This document shows, piece after piece, positions 60,841 to 64,000 of a stretch of 64,000 nucleotides of DNA (the first letter of the stretch is position 1; every line of letters starts with the position of its first letter). The position numbers and the translations under genes were made by a program. The notes beneath the pieces are model-generated. The model was not told the DNA's origin and made no database searches. It saw only the letters and a list, made by a program, of their open reading frames with translations. Source of the stretch: an uncultured Chloroflexia bacterium (GTDB lineage: Bacteria; Chloroflexota; Anaerolineae; CG2-30-64-16); the NCBI GenBank assembly GCA_963774265.1, contig CAVZDU010000010.1:160001-224000 (forward strand). The letters are read 5' to 3'.

Positions 60841-61192
60841 TTTCCCCAAGCGCCGTTGCGTTTCAAGCGCAGCAAAGGAGACAACGTGAAAACGGTTATC
60901 AACTGGAAAGTCTATGTCATCCTGGTCGCGGCCGCGATCGTCGCCAGTTACACCGTGATCCCCTACTCAATGGAGGCGCAATCAATCAGGGGAGTGAACA
61001 GGGAGGTGATGGTGAGGCCTGGTAAGCTAAGGGTCCAGTGAGAGATGCCTGGCTGAACTGGCTCTCCATATCCTAAAGGAGGTGATGCTTATGCCAGATG
61101 GCGGCTAACCCCGCAGCTTGCAGCCGGAGCGGGGTCGGCCGACCCGTTTCTCGACCGGTCAGGCTGGCGATTGAAGAGAAAGGAGTCAGATC

Positions 61193-61462
61193 ATGGCGAA
61201 GTACTTGGCCATTCACCCAGTGGGCAGCGAACTGACGGTGGAGGGCGGCACGCCCTTGGCAAAGTCGATTAAGGCCCACGTTACCTCAGATGCCTACTGG
61301 ATAGGCAGCATTTACGCACCGGAGACGGGTGCGCTCTATTGCACGTGGGACGCCAAGGATGCCGATGCCATCCGCAAGGTCCTGGCCAAGGCAGCGCCGG
61401 ACCTTCCCACGGAAGGGCCGTACCTAATCGCAATGAACATCCACAGCGAGGACTTCCGCTAG
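61193..61462 (+). CDS. Small protein (DUF4242-like)
   Basis: AAGGAG SD; MAKYL..H...W..S......YC.WDA.D.DAIR pattern. Confidence 0.7.
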   Translation: MAKYLAIHPVGSELTVEGGTPLAKSIKAHVTSDAYWIGSIYAPETGALYCTWDAKDADAIRKVLAKAAPDLPTEGPYLIAMNIHSEDFR

Positions 61463-61907
61463 CGGAGGACTCGGACCGCGGACCGCGGCTCGCGACGAGG
61501 GAATGGGCGGCTCACCCATTCCCTCCTGGATCTGTCTCCACTGTGCGAAGCGTTTGGTTCAGGAACCCATTAGGAGAAATAGAGCGGGGCCGCCTCCGCT
61601 CATCTCATGGAGGTACTCACAGCGCGGGCAGATCGATTCTGACATAGCCTCTGAAATTCGCGTCTTCTGACAGCAGAGCGTTGCGGCTCTCCTTGATGGG
61701 GTTGGCATGGTCGGCTCTTGACTCGCTCATTGTACGTCTGTTGCGTTTTTGACAGGATTCTGCGTTCATGGTAAAAATAGCATCACGGACGGAGAGATTG
61801 TACCACATGACCGTCTCTCCGATAAGTAGACCGCAAACTGGTAGCTTACAAGAGGCACTACGGGTAGTGGGTAGTGGGCCAGACACCACTACATCTAGTT
61901 GTCCCAT

Positions 61908-61979
61908 GCGGGTGTAGTACAGTGGTAGTACGTCTCCTTGCCAAGGAGAAGGTCACGGGTTCGAATCCCGTCACCCGCT
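61908..61979 (+). tRNA. tRNA-Gly(GCC)
   Basis: GCGGGTG/CACCCGC acceptor stem, loop TTGCCAA. Confidence 0.96.
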
Positions 61980-62086
61980 CTCTCGCACGAGAGTGCGTGC
62001 CTGATGGCTGAGGCAGATCAAAGAGGGCAGCCGGCCGGCGCCTGCAACCGCCGGTGGCCATCTGCATCAGCCTTTTCTTTTCTTGG

Positions 62087-62159
62087 GCCGAGGTAGCTCA
62101 GTTGGTAGAGCACGCGACTGAAAATTGCGGTGTCCCCAGTTCAAGTCTGGGCCTCGGCA
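62087..62159 (+). tRNA. tRNA-Phe(GAA)
   Basis: GCCGAGG/CCTCGGC acceptor stem, loop CTGAAAA. Confidence 0.96.
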
Positions 62160-62173
62160 CCTAGGTCGGGCAT

Positions 62174-62244
62174 TCGGGGGTCGTTCAACGGCAGGACAGC
62201 AGCCTTTGGAGCTGCGTATCGGGGTTCGAATCCCTGCCCCCGAG
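62174..62244 (+). tRNA. tRNA-Gln(TTG)
   Basis: TCGGGGG/CCCCCGA acceptor stem, loop CTTTGGA. Confidence 0.95.
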
Positions 62245-62298
62245 TCGGGGCAGGAATCGTTCACCGGTATGACGCCCGGTTCCAGCCTACGAATACGT

Positions 62299-62371
62299 GG
62301 TGGCCATAGCTCAATGGCAGAGCATCTGGTTGTGGCCCAGAAGGCTGTGGGTTCAAGCCCCACTGGCCACC
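62299..62371 (+). tRNA. tRNA-His(GTG)
   Basis: G-1:C73 pair, GTGGCCA/TGGCCAC acceptor stem, loop TTGTGGC. Confidence 0.95.
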
Positions 62372-62384
62372 CCTTCGCAGAAAA

Positions 62385-62420
62385 GCCCGGCTTCCTTATC
62401 GGATGGCCGGGTGTTTTTGT
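62385..62420 (+). terminator. tRNA operon terminator
   Basis: GCCCGGC..TCC...GGATGGCCGGGT followed by GTTTTT. Confidence 0.75.
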
Positions 62421-62439
62421 TAACGGGTCGGAATAGTCA

Positions 62440-62943
62440 GTGCAGCGTGTTCTTGTCCTCAATGCGACATATGAGCCGCTGAGCATCATCTCCGTCCAGC
62501 GGGCCGTGGTCCTTCTGCTGAAGGAGAAGGCCGAGCTGGTGGAGGCGGCAGCGGAGCGCCTTCACGCGTCCTGCATGAGCGTTCCCGTACCCCTGGTCAT
62601 CCGTCTGGTCTACTTCGTTCGTATCCCCCAACCGGTGATGTTGACGCCGACGCGGCGCAGCGTCGCCTTACGCGATAACTACACCTGCCAGTATTGCGGC
62701 CAGGCGCCCGGTCGCGGCCAACTGACTCTCGATCACATCCTGCCGCGATCTCGCGGCGGGCAGACCACGTGGGAGAACGTTGTGGCCGCGTGCCGGACCT
62801 GCAATATGCGCAAAGGCAACCGCACACCGGAAGAGGCCCACATGAGCTTGCGAAAACACCCCAGTCGACCGCACTACATCGCGTTCCTGCTGCTGTCCGA
62901 GGCCGGACCAAAAGACGTGTGGCAGAAGTACGTCTATCGCTAA
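62440..62943 (+). CDS. HNH endonuclease
   Basis: VLVLNATYEPL, RDNYTCQYCG, TLDHILPRSRGG, and WENVVAAC..CN..K. Confidence 0.93.
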   Translation: MQRVLVLNATYEPLSIISVQRAVVLLLKEKAELVEAAAERLHASCMSVPVPLVIRLVYFVRIPQPVMLTPTRRSVALRDNYTCQYCGQAPGRGQLTLDHILPRSRGGQTTWENVVAACRTCNMRKGNRTPEEAHMSLRKHPSRPHYIAFLLLSEAGPKDVWQKYVYR

Positions 62944-62952
62944 ACCCATTGC

Positions 62953-63720
62953 CTACCGGACCAGATAGACAATCGAAACGATCACGCCGATAGTGATGAC
63001 CGTGTACCGCAGCACCGACGGCTTGATCCTTCCCGCCAGCTTCCCGCCAGCCACGCCTCCCAGGAGCGCGCCCACGGCCATCACTGCGGCTGCCGGCCAG
63101 ACCACCTGACCGGAGAAGAGAAAAAAGACCGCTGCGGCCGTGTTCGTAGCAAACGCCACCGCCTGCTTGAGCGCGTTAAGCCGCGTCAGGCTGTCGTCGA
63201 GGACGACCGCGAGCACTGCGAGGATGATGACGCTCAGCCCTGCACCGAAGTAGCCGCCGTAAATGGCTGCAATCCCAACAGGGATTGCAGCCCAACGCTC
63301 GCCAGCCACACCTGGCGACCGCCGGTTGGCGGAGCGTCGGACGACCCACTTGCGGAGGGGGTCTTGCAGGGCAAGCAAGCCCGATGCCAGCAGGATAAGG
63401 TAGGGCACCAGGTCACGGAAGAGCCGCTCGCCCGTGCGCAACAGCAGGATCCCCCCGATTAGCCCACCCACCACCCCGGCTGGAATGGCCCACCACAGCC
63501 GATGCTCCTGGCCCCGCAGGTCCCGGCGCTGCGCCATCGTTGCACCAAAGTAGCCGGGCAGCAATGCAACGGTGTTGGTGACATTGGCTGCAACGGCCGG
63601 CACGCCCACGGCGGTGAGCATGGGGAAGGTGATCAGGGTGCCGCCCCCTGCGAGCGCGTTGACCGCACCGGCCGCAACTGCGGCGAGCGCTATGAGGACG
63701 AAATCAAGACCTTCGAGCAT
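62953..63720 (-). CDS. TSUP (TauE/SafE) family transporter
   Basis: [29 protein letters not shown] and NALK. Confidence 0.92.
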   Translation of the reverse strand: MLEGLDFVLIALAAVAAGAVNALAGGGTLITFPMLTAVGVPAVAANVTNTVALLPGYFGATMAQRRDLRGQEHRLWWAIPAGVVGGLIGGILLLRTGERLFRDLVPYLILLASGLLALQDPLRKWVVRRSANRRSPGVAGERWAAIPVGIAAIYGGYFGAGLSVIILAVLAVVLDDSLTRLNALKQAVAFATNTAAAVFFLFSGQVVWPAAAVMAVGALLGGVAGGKLAGRIKPSVLRYTVITIGVIVSIVYLVR

Positions 63721-63758
63721 GCTGGGAGTCCTTTCAATGACCGTGGCGGTTGGGAGTT

Positions 63759-63798
63759 AAAAGCAAAGCCGGGAATGGGGATCGGACCCACTCCCGGC
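63759..63798 (-). terminator. Leader terminator upstream of the TSUP gene
   Basis: GCCGGGAGTGGG...CCCATTCCCGGC followed by TTTGCTTTT. Confidence 0.8.
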
Positions 63799-63818
63799 CT
63801 TGTTGGGCGTCGTAGCAC

Positions 63819-63875
63819 CTATTGGATAAACCGAGGTGATGCTACGACGCCGCGTTTGGTACTACGTTGGTCCAT
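63819..63875 (-). CDS. Putative 18-aa leader peptide MDQRSTKRGVVASPRFIQ
   Basis: GGAGGTG SD; lies between the promoter and the terminator. Confidence 0.55.
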   Translation of the reverse strand: MDQRSTKRGVVASPRFIQ

Positions 63876-63934
63876 TCGCATCACCTCCCCGGTAATAGGA
63901 TGGCGTTTAAGGTGCCCTTGCGAGCAACAACCCC

Positions 63935-63963
63935 ATTATCATCGGGAATGGCGGCGTTGTCAA
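63935..63963 (-). promoter_or_regulatory. sigma70-type promoter
   Basis: TTGACA-17nt-GATAAT. Confidence 0.7.
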
Positions 63964-64000
63964 GTAAGCAACGTTCTAAACACCCCAGTTATCTTTGCTT

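Noticed and set aside
62440-62943. HNH as a homing or defence nuclease targeting the tRNA cluster
   Set aside because: It is a widespread stand-alone HNH type (VLVLN..YEPL), with no att repeats, intron or methylase nearby.

Overview
GC-rich bacterial chromosome segment, most consistent with Chloroflexota (Anaerolineae/Caldilineae-like). This is inferred from the FMN-riboswitch ribXY transporter, the RNase P RNA style, the PhaR/phasin pair and the secreted-protein motifs. Core genes include ftsY, rnc, glgA, AlaX, ansA, rsgA, lysS, greA, a GH57 hydrolase, rnpB and 7 tRNAs. There are three accessory tracts. (i) About 27.7-34.1 kb holds a REP-associated tyrosine transposase with REP arrays, a RelE/HigBA toxin-antitoxin pair whose antitoxin is split by a 1.62-kb ISNCY element (TIRs plus 9-bp TSD), and a phage-satellite-like primase-helicase with iteron-like repeats. 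(ii) A ~6.6-kb island of gene fragments is bounded by a tRNA-Gly 3' duplication. (iii) A ~8.6-kb arabino-oligosaccharide uptake/GH51 island is bounded by a tRNA-Leu 3' duplication. The most interesting signals are: a leader-peptide/tandem-terminator attenuator on an rsgA - phosphatase - stand-alone GyrA-CTD operon, plus a second uORF switch with the same terminator tail ahead of a TSUP gene; a DegV + bacterial-ceramide-synthase-like GNAT + glycolipid glycosyltransferase operon; an RNase P RNA with a rewired P4 helix and an embedded REP; and a decaheme OTR-family cytochrome. Many genes carry single-base frameshifts, probably long-read errors, so pseudogene calls are cautious. All family assignments come from motif recognition, not database searches.
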